From an uncultured Methanosarcinales archaeon (GTDB lineage Archaea > Nanobdellota > Nanobdellia > Woesearchaeales > CAZOXR01), in contig CAZMIO010000001.1 in assembly GCA_964566535.1 (NCBI GenBank), forward strand, positions 124,001 through 183,750: a stretch of DNA of 59,750 bases. The letters are read 5' to 3'. Both the position numbers and the translations under genes were made by a program. Positions 47,923 through 57,200 of this stretch are shown here, one piece after another. The notes beneath the pieces are model-generated. The model was not told the DNA's origin. It was given only the letters and a program-made list of their open reading frames with translations, and did not search any database. The first letter of the stretch is position 1. The number at the start of each line of letters is the position of its first letter.

Positions 47923-48744
47923 ATGGTATTTGAAGCCCTTATTAATCCAATGAAGGCAGAAAGAAGGCCTTGGGAGCTATTTTTTATTGGGATTTTTTAT
48001 TCTTCGCTGGCGATAGTATTAAGTTTATGGATATTTAATGATCATGCTAGTTTGGTGATGGTTTTTATAACTGTTTTAGCATGTGTACATATTGTTTATG
48101 GAGTTATTCAATTAGAAGAGGAGAAAGGTAAGACTATAATGTCTGAGAGTGCTTTGTTTAAAGAGCATGGGAAGGCTTTGTTATTGTTCACATTTCTTTT
48201 TTTGGGTTTTGTTGTTTCTTTTTCGTTATGGTATGTATTTTTGCCTAGTGAGGCGTTGTCAAATGTGTTTGGAGTTCAGCAGCAAACTATAACTCAGATT
48301 AATACACAGATTACTGGAGGTTTTACTTTTAGTTTGACTACTTTTTCAAAGATATTTTTGAATAATATCAAAGTGATGATCTTTTGTTTGTTGTTTGCTT
48401 TCTTTTTTGGTACTGGTGCTATATTTATTCTGTCTTGGAATGCTTCTGTTATTGGAACAGCAATTGGTTCTTTTGTTAAAGGTAGTATGGAGTCAGGTGG
48501 TTTTGTTTCGGCCTTTTCACTTGGTGTGATGAGGTATATGACTCATGGAATATTTGAGATTGGTGCTTACTTTATGGTTGGGCTGGCTGGAGGGATTATT
48601 TCTATAGCTATTGTTAAGCATGAGTATGGCTCTGAAGGGTTTAGGCATACATTATTGGATTCTTTAGATTTAGTAATTGGGAGTGTTGTTGTGTTGTTTG
48701 TTGCAGGTTTGATAGAAGTGTTTGTTACTCCGGTTTTGTTTTAA
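47923..48744 (+). CDS. SpoIIM/DUF95 family membrane protein
   Basis: IFLNN, WNASVIG, HGIFEI.AY...GG, AGLIEVFVTP. Confidence 0.88.
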   Translation: MVFEALINPMKAERRPWELFFIGIFYSSLAIVLSLWIFNDHASLVMVFITVLACVHIVYGVIQLEEEKGKTIMSESALFKEHGKALLLFTFLFLGFVVSFSLWYVFLPSEALSNVFGVQQQTITQINTQITGGFTFSLTTFSKIFLNNIKVMIFCLLFAFFFGTGAIFILSWNASVIGTAIGSFVKGSMESGGFVSAFSLGVMRYMTHGIFEIGAYFMVGLAGGIISIAIVKHEYGSEGFRHTLLDSLDLVIGSVVVLFVAGLIEVFVTPVLF

Positions 48745-48745
48745 A

Positions 48746-50542
48746 ATGTTTCAGCCAAAACAAGTTAAAGAAAGAGTTGGACAGATTAGAGGATTAGTTA
48801 GTGAGGAGAAGCAGGATTTTGAACAGTTTTCTAAATATCAGAGAAAGAAGATTACTTTATTGAAGAGATATAAAAGAAGATTTGATAATCAGGGATTTCT
48901 TAGTGCTTTTCAGGAGATTGTTAATGCTCAACTTCGGATAATTTCGGCTATGAGAAGGGATCTTGCTAATGTTGGTAAGTTAATTTCTGTTTTATCTTCT
49001 ACTGAGGAAGAGGTTGAAGGAGTATTATTGGGATTTTTTAGAGAGAAGGGCTGGGAAACAAGGGATGCAGAAGAACTTCTTCATGAATTGAAATATGAGC
49101 ATGGGTTTGAGAAAGAGATTGGTAAAGTTAGGGAAGCTTCAGCTGAAGTGGTTGGTGAGATTGAACAGGGTCTTTCAGAGCAGAAGGCTCAACTTGAAGG
49201 TATAAAACCTAAGGGATTTAGAAATGTTGCGGCAGAATTGTTAAAAGCTAGTTCTGAAGAGAGGGAGAAGACAAAAGCTTTACGGAAGTTAGTGAAAGAA
49301 GGTGTAAGTGAAATGAAGAAATATTTTTCCTTACAATCTTTAAGTTATGTTCATGAGACAAAATTGGTTCCTGAGATTCAGAGAGTATTGGGGACTGGGC
49401 TAACTCCTGAGAATCTGGTTTTTGTTCATATGACTGATTATTTTCCTCTTAAGGGAGTTATAAGGACAAGAATTAGTTCTGATTATGCACCAAGGAATTC
49501 GCTTCACTTTACAACTAATGCGCCTGTTGAAGGTGTTGGAGGTATAGTGAATGCTTCTTGGAAAGGGATGAAGTTTTGTGTTCTTATACCTGGTTCAAGG
49601 TTTCCATTTAAGAGGATTGTAAATTTTGCTAGGTATGATACTTATATATTTGGGAATATTAGATTGCCTTCAGGTACAATAATAATAACACATCAAATAG
49701 ATGTTCTTCGTGAAGCGAAAAGTAAAGGTTTTGCTTTTGATGATTTTATTGAGTATTATAAGGGGAAGGGAGTAAGTATTCATATTATTGAAAGGAAGGA
49801 AAATACATATGATGCAGCAATTGAGATGATTCATAGAGTCGGGAGAGAGGTTCGAGATGTTAGTGATTTTGGAGATCCTCATGATAGGGCTCTTGCTAGT
49901 AGATTAGGTGCCTCTTCGGTAAGGCATTCGGAATTACCGCATGGTAGAATGGATGATAAGATTGGAAAATTGATTGATATAGCGTTGCCCTATTTAAGGA
50001 ATCCGAACTATTATAAAAATAAGTTTTTGCTCTCTGAAAAGAAGCAGTTCTGGAAAAGTATAGAGATTCTAGGGGTTGAGTTAGGATTTAGTGATGTAGA
50101 AAGTGTTGTATTCTTGCTTGGTGATGATGATATTAAGGATAAACCTAAATTACCTGCTATGGCAGTTGCATTGTTAGTGGAGTATTTTGAAAGATTATTA
50201 CGAGTTTTAGAATATCAATATAATCTTCTTAAAGAATATGATGGTAATGAAGAGAAGATGCATTCTGATGAAGGAGATTTAGCTCAATTTTTTAAGTGTT
50301 TTTGTGCTGATCCAACGTGGTATAAGCATGGGATGGGGAAGAGTATTTGTAGAGAATGGAAAGTACTACCTTTACCAAAGTATATTAGAGATATGTATCC
50401 TGGACAATCCAAGTCAATAGAAGCGAATATTAAGAAGATTGATAAGTTGATTAAATGGTTTTTAGCTTTGTATGAACAGTTTGAAGGAAGTGGAGAACTT
50501 GATACTGCAGAGATTGCGGAAAGGCTTCGAAATGGAGAATAA
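48746..50542 (+). CDS. Coiled-coil N-terminus plus central globular domain, possibly ART-like
   Basis: About 200 helical residues, then FVHMTDYFP...RNSLHFTTN...W...CVLIP...DTY. Confidence 0.55.
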   Translation: MFQPKQVKERVGQIRGLVSEEKQDFEQFSKYQRKKITLLKRYKRRFDNQGFLSAFQEIVNAQLRIISAMRRDLANVGKLISVLSSTEEEVEGVLLGFFREKGWETRDAEELLHELKYEHGFEKEIGKVREASAEVVGEIEQGLSEQKAQLEGIKPKGFRNVAAELLKASSEEREKTKALRKLVKEGVSEMKKYFSLQSLSYVHETKLVPEIQRVLGTGLTPENLVFVHMTDYFPLKGVIRTRISSDYAPRNSLHFTTNAPVEGVGGIVNASWKGMKFCVLIPGSRFPFKRIVNFARYDTYIFGNIRLPSGTIIITHQIDVLREAKSKGFAFDDFIEYYKGKGVSIHIIERKENTYDAAIEMIHRVGREVRDVSDFGDPHDRALASRLGASSVRHSELPHGRMDDKIGKLIDIALPYLRNPNYYKNKFLLSEKKQFWKSIEILGVELGFSDVESVVFLLGDDDIKDKPKLPAMAVALLVEYFERLLRVLEYQYNLLKEYDGNEEKMHSDEGDLAQFFKCFCADPTWYKHGMGKSICREWKVLPLPKYIRDMYPGQSKSIEANIKKIDKLIKWFLALYEQFEGSGELDTAEIAERLRNGE

Positions 50543-50557
50543 AATAAAAAAAATAAA

Positions 50558-51133
50558 TTATTTAGTTTTTCTTCTGATATAAGCTGATCTGCTAGGTCTT
50601 AGTTTTTCTGCGCCTTTACCTTTGTTTCTAAGTCCCCTAGTGTGCTTTCCTGCAGAAGTTAAACCACGTGCTGCCCTTCCCTTTTGATTGCAGATCCAGT
50701 TGATTGTAGGGTCTGCCATGATTGTAGGGCTTGCTCTGTCTACAAGGATAATTTCATACCAGAAATAATTTCCATCTTGTCCTACCCAATATGAATTTAG
50801 AACTGTGCAGTTTATGAATTTTCTTTGGGCTCTTTCTTCTGCTACTTGTTGGTAAGCTTTGTCAAGATCTTTCCTTTGTCCGTAGTGTTTTGGTCTTCTT
50901 CCTTTTCTAATTGTTGGTCTTTTACGTCCGCCTCTTAGAACTTTTTGCCTAACTACTATGAATCCTTTCTTAGCTTTATATCCTAAAGAACGAGCTCTGT
51001 CGATTCTTGTTGGCCGGTCAATTCTTAATGTGACTGGTTCTTTTCTCCATTGAATTAATCTATCTTTTTGGATTTTACCTAGGTTTTCCTTTGGTTTCTT
51101 CCATAAGTCTCTTACGTATTTGTACATTCCCAT
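50558..51133 (-). CDS. rpl15e: 50S ribosomal protein L15e
   Basis: [39 protein letters not shown]. Confidence 0.98.
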   Translation of the reverse strand: MGMYKYVRDLWKKPKENLGKIQKDRLIQWRKEPVTLRIDRPTRIDRARSLGYKAKKGFIVVRQKVLRGGRKRPTIRKGRRPKHYGQRKDLDKAYQQVAEERAQRKFINCTVLNSYWVGQDGNYFWYEIILVDRASPTIMADPTINWICNQKGRAARGLTSAGKHTRGLRNKGKGAEKLRPSRSAYIRRKTK

Positions 51134-51248
51134 TTTGATTAGCCTCCATTGTTAATTCAGGTAAGCAACTACCCACATATGATAATTAGTATTTTGGGGC
51201 CCTTTAAAAACCTTATGATTTGGGAACTAAAATAATAGTATTTTTAAA

Positions 51249-51321
51249 CAACAATAATGGCGGCAACATCGGCATGCAGGGTGCTGTACACTGCATGCGT
51301 CTTTTTGTGCCGTTGTTGTTG
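51249..51321 (+). ncRNA. Candidate structured non-coding RNA (long two-stem hairpin)
   Basis: GC-rich island. Inner stem GCATGCAG/CTGCATGC; outer 13-bp stem AATAATGGCGGCA/TGCCGTTGTTGTT whose G-U pairs favour the + strand. Confidence 0.45.
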
Positions 51322-51406
51322 AAAAATGAATGTTGATGGTTTTTCCAAAAACAAAAACTATATAAAAGACCTCTTAGTTGTAAAATTAAAATATTAGGTG
51401 ATTTTA

Positions 51407-51916
51407 ATGGATGTTAATACTGCACAAAAAGTAAATGATTTGGCAAAAGAGTTGGTACAGAAAGGATTAGCTGCTTCTCTTGATGATGCGTCTAGTATGG
51501 CGCAAAGAATGATGAAAGATGAATTGAAGAAGGACGAATTACCTCAGCAGTGGTCTGAGGTTTCGAAAGCTGGTAATTCTACGGAGCAGCTTGAGATAAT
51601 GTTAGAGCGGAACAACAGAAAGATTGGTTATGAGATTACTGCTGTTAGAGATGAGGTTAAGTCTCTTAAGAATTTGATTGAGATGTTTAGAAACGAGATT
51701 GGTTATATTAAGAAAGACTTGAAAGGTTTGAAGTTGGGTGGCGGAGAGGTTGTGGAAGAGGTTAAGGTTGAGAAAGAAGTTGAAGTTGAGAAGAGGGAAG
51801 CTAAAGTTGAAGAGCAGAAGGTGTTGAGTGAAGAGAAGAGGGCGCCTCCTAAAAATCAAGATTTTACTCCCGAAGATGTTTCTGTTGAGAAGATGTTTTA
51901 TTTTGGTAAGAAATAA
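51407..51916 (+). CDS. Hypothetical coiled-coil protein
   Basis: AGGTGA RBS; central heptad repeats; motif-like C-terminus EDVSVEKMFYFGKK. Confidence 0.75.
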   Translation: MDVNTAQKVNDLAKELVQKGLAASLDDASSMAQRMMKDELKKDELPQQWSEVSKAGNSTEQLEIMLERNNRKIGYEITAVRDEVKSLKNLIEMFRNEIGYIKKDLKGLKLGGGEVVEEVKVEKEVEVEKREAKVEEQKVLSEEKRAPPKNQDFTPEDVSVEKMFYFGKK

Positions 51917-51977
51917 TTGAATTGTTCTGGGGCTTAAAATAATAAACTATTTATACAAGCATTCTAATGAATTATGT

Positions 51978-52946
51978 ATGACTATTGATAAATCAGATTA
52001 TCTAAGTGTTCTTGAGAATTTTCCTAGGCAGTGCAGAGAGGCTCTTGAACTGACTAAAGGGATGAAGATTTCTGGTAAGATTGGAAGTATTGTAATATGT
52101 GGGATGGGAGGTTCTGCTATTGGTGGAGATATGTTGAAGAGTTATATGAGGGATAATGAGATTCCTGTTGTTGTAAACAGAGATTATAATTTACCTAAGT
52201 TTGTTAATGAAAGTACACTTGTTTTTGTTATTTCTTATTCTGGGAATACTGAGGAGACTCTAAGTTGTTACAAAGAAGCTGTTAAGAAGAAAGCAACTAT
52301 TTGGGGAATTACGTCTGGTGGTAAGTTAGAGGGACTTTGTAAGAATATTATTAAGATTCCTTCTGGATTGCAGCCTCGTGCGGCTACTGGGTATTTATTC
52401 TTCCCAATGTTGGGATTGTTGTACAACACAGGAATAATTGATGTTAAGAATGCGGAATTGAATGAATTTTTGGATATGATTAAGGATGTTGAAAAGTTTA
52501 AATCAGCTGGTGAGGAGTTAGCTAAGAAAATGAAGGAGAAATTGCCGATTATTTATTCCTCTAATCTGTTTGAGCCTGTTGCTTACAGAATTAAGACTCA
52601 GTTTAATGAGAACAGCAAGCATCCTTCCTATCATCACACGTTTTCTGAGATGAATCATAACGAGATTTTAAGCGTTGAGAGTATGGAGCGGAGTAAATTT
52701 ATTGTGTTTATGATAAGAGATGAAGGTGATCATCCTAGGATTAAGAAGAGGATGGATATCTGTAAAGATATTTTTGAGCGAAATGTTGATGTTGAAGAGA
52801 TTAAGACTCAGGGGAAGTATTTACTGACTAGAATGTTTTCTGCTATCTATTTAGGTGATTTTATTACATATTATTTGGCCATAAACAAGAGGGTTGACCC
52901 TGCTCCTGTTGTAGTTATTGAGTGGTTGAAGAAGAAGTTGGGTTGA
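51978..52946 (+). CDS. Bifunctional phosphoglucose/phosphomannose isomerase (SIS)
   Basis: GMGGSAIGG, SYSGNTEET, QPRAA, QFNENSK, EMNHNE. Confidence 0.95.
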   Translation: MTIDKSDYLSVLENFPRQCREALELTKGMKISGKIGSIVICGMGGSAIGGDMLKSYMRDNEIPVVVNRDYNLPKFVNESTLVFVISYSGNTEETLSCYKEAVKKKATIWGITSGGKLEGLCKNIIKIPSGLQPRAATGYLFFPMLGLLYNTGIIDVKNAELNEFLDMIKDVEKFKSAGEELAKKMKEKLPIIYSSNLFEPVAYRIKTQFNENSKHPSYHHTFSEMNHNEILSVESMERSKFIVFMIRDEGDHPRIKKRMDICKDIFERNVDVEEIKTQGKYLLTRMFSAIYLGDFITYYLAINKRVDPAPVVVIEWLKKKLG

Positions 52947-53013
52947 AAAAAGGAAATATTTATAAATGAATTTTGCTTCCCTATAGTAATAACAAATAGG
53001 TAAAGTTAATAAA

Positions 53014-53934
53014 ATGCCAGAATTAAGTGATTTGAACGCAAGAGGATGGGAGTACATCCAAGAGTACAAACCTTTTGAAGATTATAGTCCTTCACCCAAT
53101 ATAGGTGGGCCTGCACCTTCACATGATAATGTTGATGTATCAAATAGTGCTTTTTCTGCGTTTGAAGAAGTAGTAGCTGTTTCTACAACAACTGTGAATT
53201 GGAGCCATCAGTTTAGGTCAAAGATGTTGTATGTTGTAGGCTATGATTCGATAGATCCAGTTACGAGTAGACCAAATATTTTAGATGAGGCTAAGGCCGA
53301 TAGACTAATTGATTTTATGCGTAAAGATCTTTTTGAGTATGTTCTTGATAAGTATTTTAATAGCAGTATAGAGGGAGAAGATAGGGATAAATTCCAATCA
53401 TTTGTTGAAAGGATTATTATGGTTGGGAAGGAACAGATTTTACAATATTTAGAAGTAGATTCTAGAGTAGACCATGCAAGGATTGCTAATGTTGCAAAAT
53501 ATGTTGCAGGCGAAGTTAGAAGAGTAATCAATAGGAGTATGGCATATTATGAGATCACTGATGAAAATGATGAAAATGCTGGACGAGAATTAATGGTATT
53601 CTCGCATATGTTTTCTGGTACTAATCTTAGTGCTCAACAATATACTAGTATCGCAAATATTAGAGGAGTTGCTAATATTGTTGGTGCATTAGGTCAGTTA
53701 GAGAGTGGTGTTGATGCTAAAGTTGATGAGTATATAGGGAGATCAACTGAAACTGACTTGGAAGCACTTCAAGGATTTATGCGTTCAAGAGTTGAAATAC
53801 CTACATTTAGGGATGTTGAAGATGGGCCTCTTGAAAATAGAGTAGCTATTCCTCATGAAGATGATGATCGGTTCGTAAGGTCTGAGCCTGGTGGAGTTTT
53901 GATTCCGAGAGACCATTCCATTATAGAACCTTGA
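53014..53934 (+). CDS. Hypothetical protein (acidic, Lys-poor)
   Basis: 306-aa ORF; no recognised motif. Confidence 0.7.
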   Translation: MPELSDLNARGWEYIQEYKPFEDYSPSPNIGGPAPSHDNVDVSNSAFSAFEEVVAVSTTTVNWSHQFRSKMLYVVGYDSIDPVTSRPNILDEAKADRLIDFMRKDLFEYVLDKYFNSSIEGEDRDKFQSFVERIIMVGKEQILQYLEVDSRVDHARIANVAKYVAGEVRRVINRSMAYYEITDENDENAGRELMVFSHMFSGTNLSAQQYTSIANIRGVANIVGALGQLESGVDAKVDEYIGRSTETDLEALQGFMRSRVEIPTFRDVEDGPLENRVAIPHEDDDRFVRSEPGGVLIPRDHSIIEP

Positions 53935-54067
53935 TTCTGAATTGAGATATATTATTTCTAATTAACCACTTTTTCTATTTCTGAATGGTAATCAAACCAA
54001 AAGATTTATATTGGAGTTATTTCTAAGTTTGTTATATCTTAATTAAACAATAAAAAGGTGATGATTA

Positions 54068-54799
54068 ATGACAAACGCAATTAAAAAAGCTCAAGATTAT
54101 AAACCACATCCTAAATCTAATCCTGATTTTCAACCACATCCTAAATATGAACCTAAATATGGAGAGGAGGAACATGTTGAGGAAGCTTTAGGTCACGTTA
54201 AGAAACTTCATGAGATCTATGATAAGACTGGTAACATGGAGCTAACCATTGCTAGTGAACTGAAAAGTTCTGCTGGCAAAGACTACCTTGATGAGATGGA
54301 TTCTGATAAAATTGATGCGATTGCAAAAAAATTAAGGAAATTAGCATCTGATAAGGTTCTAGGTGATTATTTTGGACAAGAAGAGGCTTCTGAATCTCTT
54401 AAAGAATTTGTTACAAATAACCTTATCCAGCCTTTAAACGATCTTAAAAGACGTTTGGAAAAAGGAGATAGGGTTAGTTTTGGTGAAATTGATAATATAG
54501 TAGCAGAGAACTTCCAAAGTATGAGAAGGCAGTTAGCAGAGCCAATCTATACTGAATTGCGACAACATGATAAATATGAAGTTGCTCAGGAAGTAGCAAG
54601 TATGTTGCATTATTATATTGGAGGAGCTGATGCTCAAAGTAGAGTTGATCAGGTAGGAAGACATAAAACTGCACAACAGGTTGTTCAGGATGATGTTATG
54701 GGTCTTGAGCGTGATGTTTCAATGGCATATCAAAGAATGCATAGGGGTTCGAAGGTTGGCGGAAGTAAGGGCGGTAAGGACGGCAAAAAAAAGAAGTAA
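54068..54799 (+). CDS. Hypothetical helical protein with a PHPK repeat and G/K-rich tail
   Basis: AGGTGA RBS; AACCACATCCTAAAT repeated at a 30-nt period. Confidence 0.7.
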   Translation: MTNAIKKAQDYKPHPKSNPDFQPHPKYEPKYGEEEHVEEALGHVKKLHEIYDKTGNMELTIASELKSSAGKDYLDEMDSDKIDAIAKKLRKLASDKVLGDYFGQEEASESLKEFVTNNLIQPLNDLKRRLEKGDRVSFGEIDNIVAENFQSMRRQLAEPIYTELRQHDKYEVAQEVASMLHYYIGGADAQSRVDQVGRHKTAQQVVQDDVMGLERDVSMAYQRMHRGSKVGGSKGGKDGKKKK

Positions 54800-54835
54800 A
54801 GTTAATTATTTTTTTCTATATTTTTTAATTAAGAA

Positions 54836-55657
54836 CTATCTGAAATCCATTGCAACTGCGGTTATCACTTCTGGAGGGGTTTTTGATGCGTCCTGCAGCT
54901 CCAATCTTAATCTGTCTTCTTCATCGTCAAAATCAATACTTAATGAGTCTGACCTTATTATCCAGCTGTCAGTTTCGATCTCTTCGGTGAATCTTATTGT
55001 CTTGTCTGGGCTTTCGCCGCTAGCTGTTGTCCAGCTGTCATAAATCTTAATCAGTAACTTTGGTTTAATGTCATGGTCTCCTTCGTTAATGATAGTGTAA
55101 TTTATTTTATTAACTGCATAATTTTTAAATTCTACTGCATCGATTGATAATGTTATTCCATCTGCTTTGCTGTTGAATTCTGAATCTATTTCAGGAACAG
55201 CAGCCTTACACTCTGATTCGTCTTCAACGATTCTGCCATCTGTGCATCTGTACATGTAAACGGTCTTTGGCTCTACTTTTGGACAGTCTACTTCGTGATC
55301 AACAAGATCACCATTAGAGCACTTAAACTTGATTGATATCTTTTCTTCAATTAGTTGTTCTGGACAGACTTCACAAGTAGGGCAGTCTTGAGTTACATTT
55401 TGATATACTACTGCGCCAGTTACAGTAGGTTTGAGGTATAGTGTGCCTGCAATAACGCCCCCTACAAGCAATAGTAGTAGTAGTAAATTTAGGGAGAAAC
55501 TCTTGAAAAATATGTGTTTTAGACCGGAGAGTAGATGGCCAAATCCTTTTGCTATGTTTCCTGCGCCTTCTGAGAATGATAAATCGCCTTTTTGCCCAGG
55601 TTCTTCTTTTTGTTCCCCGAACTTTCCATCGAAGATATCTTGTCTTTCTCCTTCCAT
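54836..55657 (-). CDS. Membrane-anchored surface protein with Cys-rich repeats
   Basis: TM helix followed by PTVTGAV; CPTCEVCP; two C.[ND]G..V.....C units. Confidence 0.75.
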   Translation of the reverse strand: MEGERQDIFDGKFGEQKEEPGQKGDLSFSEGAGNIAKGFGHLLSGLKHIFFKSFSLNLLLLLLLVGGVIAGTLYLKPTVTGAVVYQNVTQDCPTCEVCPEQLIEEKISIKFKCSNGDLVDHEVDCPKVEPKTVYMYRCTDGRIVEDESECKAAVPEIDSEFNSKADGITLSIDAVEFKNYAVNKINYTIINEGDHDIKPKLLIKIYDSWTTASGESPDKTIRFTEEIETDSWIIRSDSLSIDFDDEEDRLRLELQDASKTPPEVITAVAMDFR

Positions 55658-55749
55658 AATAGAAAATTGAGATAACGACTATTTAAATTTTTTGAAAAAG
55701 TGGAACAAAGTACAAAAGATTTAAATACAGCTGAATCTGGTTTTTAATT

Positions 55750-56610
55750 ATGGAACAAGCTAATCCTCAGAATATGACTCCGGAGGAGGTAGAGGAATTA
55801 AAGGAGAAGATTAAGAATATGTCTCCTGAGGAGCTCAAAGAGTTTCAGAAAAATCAATGTATATTCTGTCAGGTAATCTCTGGGAAGGTACAGGCTAAGA
55901 AGATATTTGAGGATGAGAAGACAATAGCTATACTTGACATCAATCCTGCTAATCCTGGACATGTCCTTCTTTTCCCAAAAGAGCATTACACTGTTATGCC
56001 TCAAGTACCTGAAAGCGAGATTGCGCATATTTTTGTAGTGGCAAAATCTCTTTCAAATACTGTTTTAAGATCATTAGAAGCTAGAGGGACTAATATCATT
56101 GTTGCAAATGGTCCTGCGGCAGGTCAAAAAGCTCAGCACTTTATGGTCCACATAATCCCTAGGAAGGAAAATGATAACATTAAGTTTGATTTGCCCCAGA
56201 AACAGGTTTCTGATGAAGAGCTTGAGGCTGTTATGAAAAAGATTGTTGGAAAACTGAGTAATAGGGGAGTTACGTCTCAACCTAAAGATAAAAATGTTGA
56301 TGTTGCTGAAATTCTAGCTAAAAAGAAGCCGGCTGTTGTTGAGGCTGAATTTGAGGAAGGTATAGGGGAAGGGGGAGTTGAAGATGTTCCTGAGGTTGTT
56401 GAAGAAGAGGATAATGACCTTGATGAAGTTTCTGAGATAATTGATGAAGGGAGTAAAGAGATTGAGAAAGAAGAAGATAAGGAAAGTAAGAAGGCAGGAA
56501 AAAAGAAGATAAAGAAAAAAAAGGCTAAGGAAAAGAAGGTGGAGAAAGGGGAAGGTGGAGAAAAGGAGGAAGGAGTAAGTCTGGATGATATAAGCGACTT
56601 ATTCGGTTAA
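55750..56610 (+). CDS. HIT-family protein with degenerate triad (HFMVH) and long charged tail
   Basis: CIFCQ, ILDINPANPGHVL.PKEH, NG.AAGQ, HFMVHIIPR. Confidence 0.9.
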   Translation: MEQANPQNMTPEEVEELKEKIKNMSPEELKEFQKNQCIFCQVISGKVQAKKIFEDEKTIAILDINPANPGHVLLFPKEHYTVMPQVPESEIAHIFVVAKSLSNTVLRSLEARGTNIIVANGPAAGQKAQHFMVHIIPRKENDNIKFDLPQKQVSDEELEAVMKKIVGKLSNRGVTSQPKDKNVDVAEILAKKKPAVVEAEFEEGIGEGGVEDVPEVVEEEDNDLDEVSEIIDEGSKEIEKEEDKESKKAGKKKIKKKKAKEKKVEKGEGGEKEEGVSLDDISDLFG

Positions 56611-56612
56611 AA

Positions 56613-57161
56613 ATGGCTAAAGAAGAATGTATATTGTGCCAGATAATTGATGGCAAAATTCCATCAAAAAAACTGTATGAAGATGACGAAGTTATTGCTG
56701 TTTTGGATATTAATGGGGCTAATCCGGGACATTCATTTGTTATGCCTAAAGAACACCATACAATTCTTGAGCAAGTTCCTGATCAGATAGTTGCTAAGCT
56801 TTTTCAGGTATCAAATATGGTGTCTACTGCTATTTTTGAATCTTTAGAGATACAAGGTACTAATCTTTTTGTCACTAATGGTATTGCTGCTGGGCAAGTT
56901 ACTGCTCATTTTATGGTCAATATTATCCCCAGAAAGGAAGGAGACGGGATAAATCTTCAATGGCCACCAAAACAGTTAACTGAAGAGGAGATGTCTACTG
57001 TTGAACTACAGCTGAAGGAAGGAGTTGAGAATATGGGGGCAGTGTCAGAAGTAGATGTTAATGAGAAAGCTGAAAAAGAGGCAGTAAATGAGGTACCTGT
57101 TAATGAAACAATTCCTGATGAAGATGATTACATGGTTAAGCAGTTGAATAGGATACCTTAG
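56613..57161 (+). CDS. HIT-family protein with degenerate triad (HFMVN)
   Basis: CILCQ, VLDINGANPGH.FV.PKEH, NGIAAGQ, HFMVNIIPR. Confidence 0.9.
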   Translation: MAKEECILCQIIDGKIPSKKLYEDDEVIAVLDINGANPGHSFVMPKEHHTILEQVPDQIVAKLFQVSNMVSTAIFESLEIQGTNLFVTNGIAAGQVTAHFMVNIIPRKEGDGINLQWPPKQLTEEEMSTVELQLKEGVENMGAVSEVDVNEKAEKEAVNEVPVNETIPDEDDYMVKQLNRIP

Positions 57162-57200
57162 CAACATTTTTAAATGGATTTACAGTAACATTCTTTATGG

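Noticed and set aside
51257..51322. 21-codon Cys-rich ORF MAATSACRVLYTACVFLCRCC
   Set aside because: No RBS or suitable promoter spacing; the Cys codons follow from the TGC/TGT-rich hairpin sequence
54101..54150. PHPK coding repeat as a mobile or regulatory repeat
   Set aside because: Only two short in-frame copies in a low-complexity N-terminus
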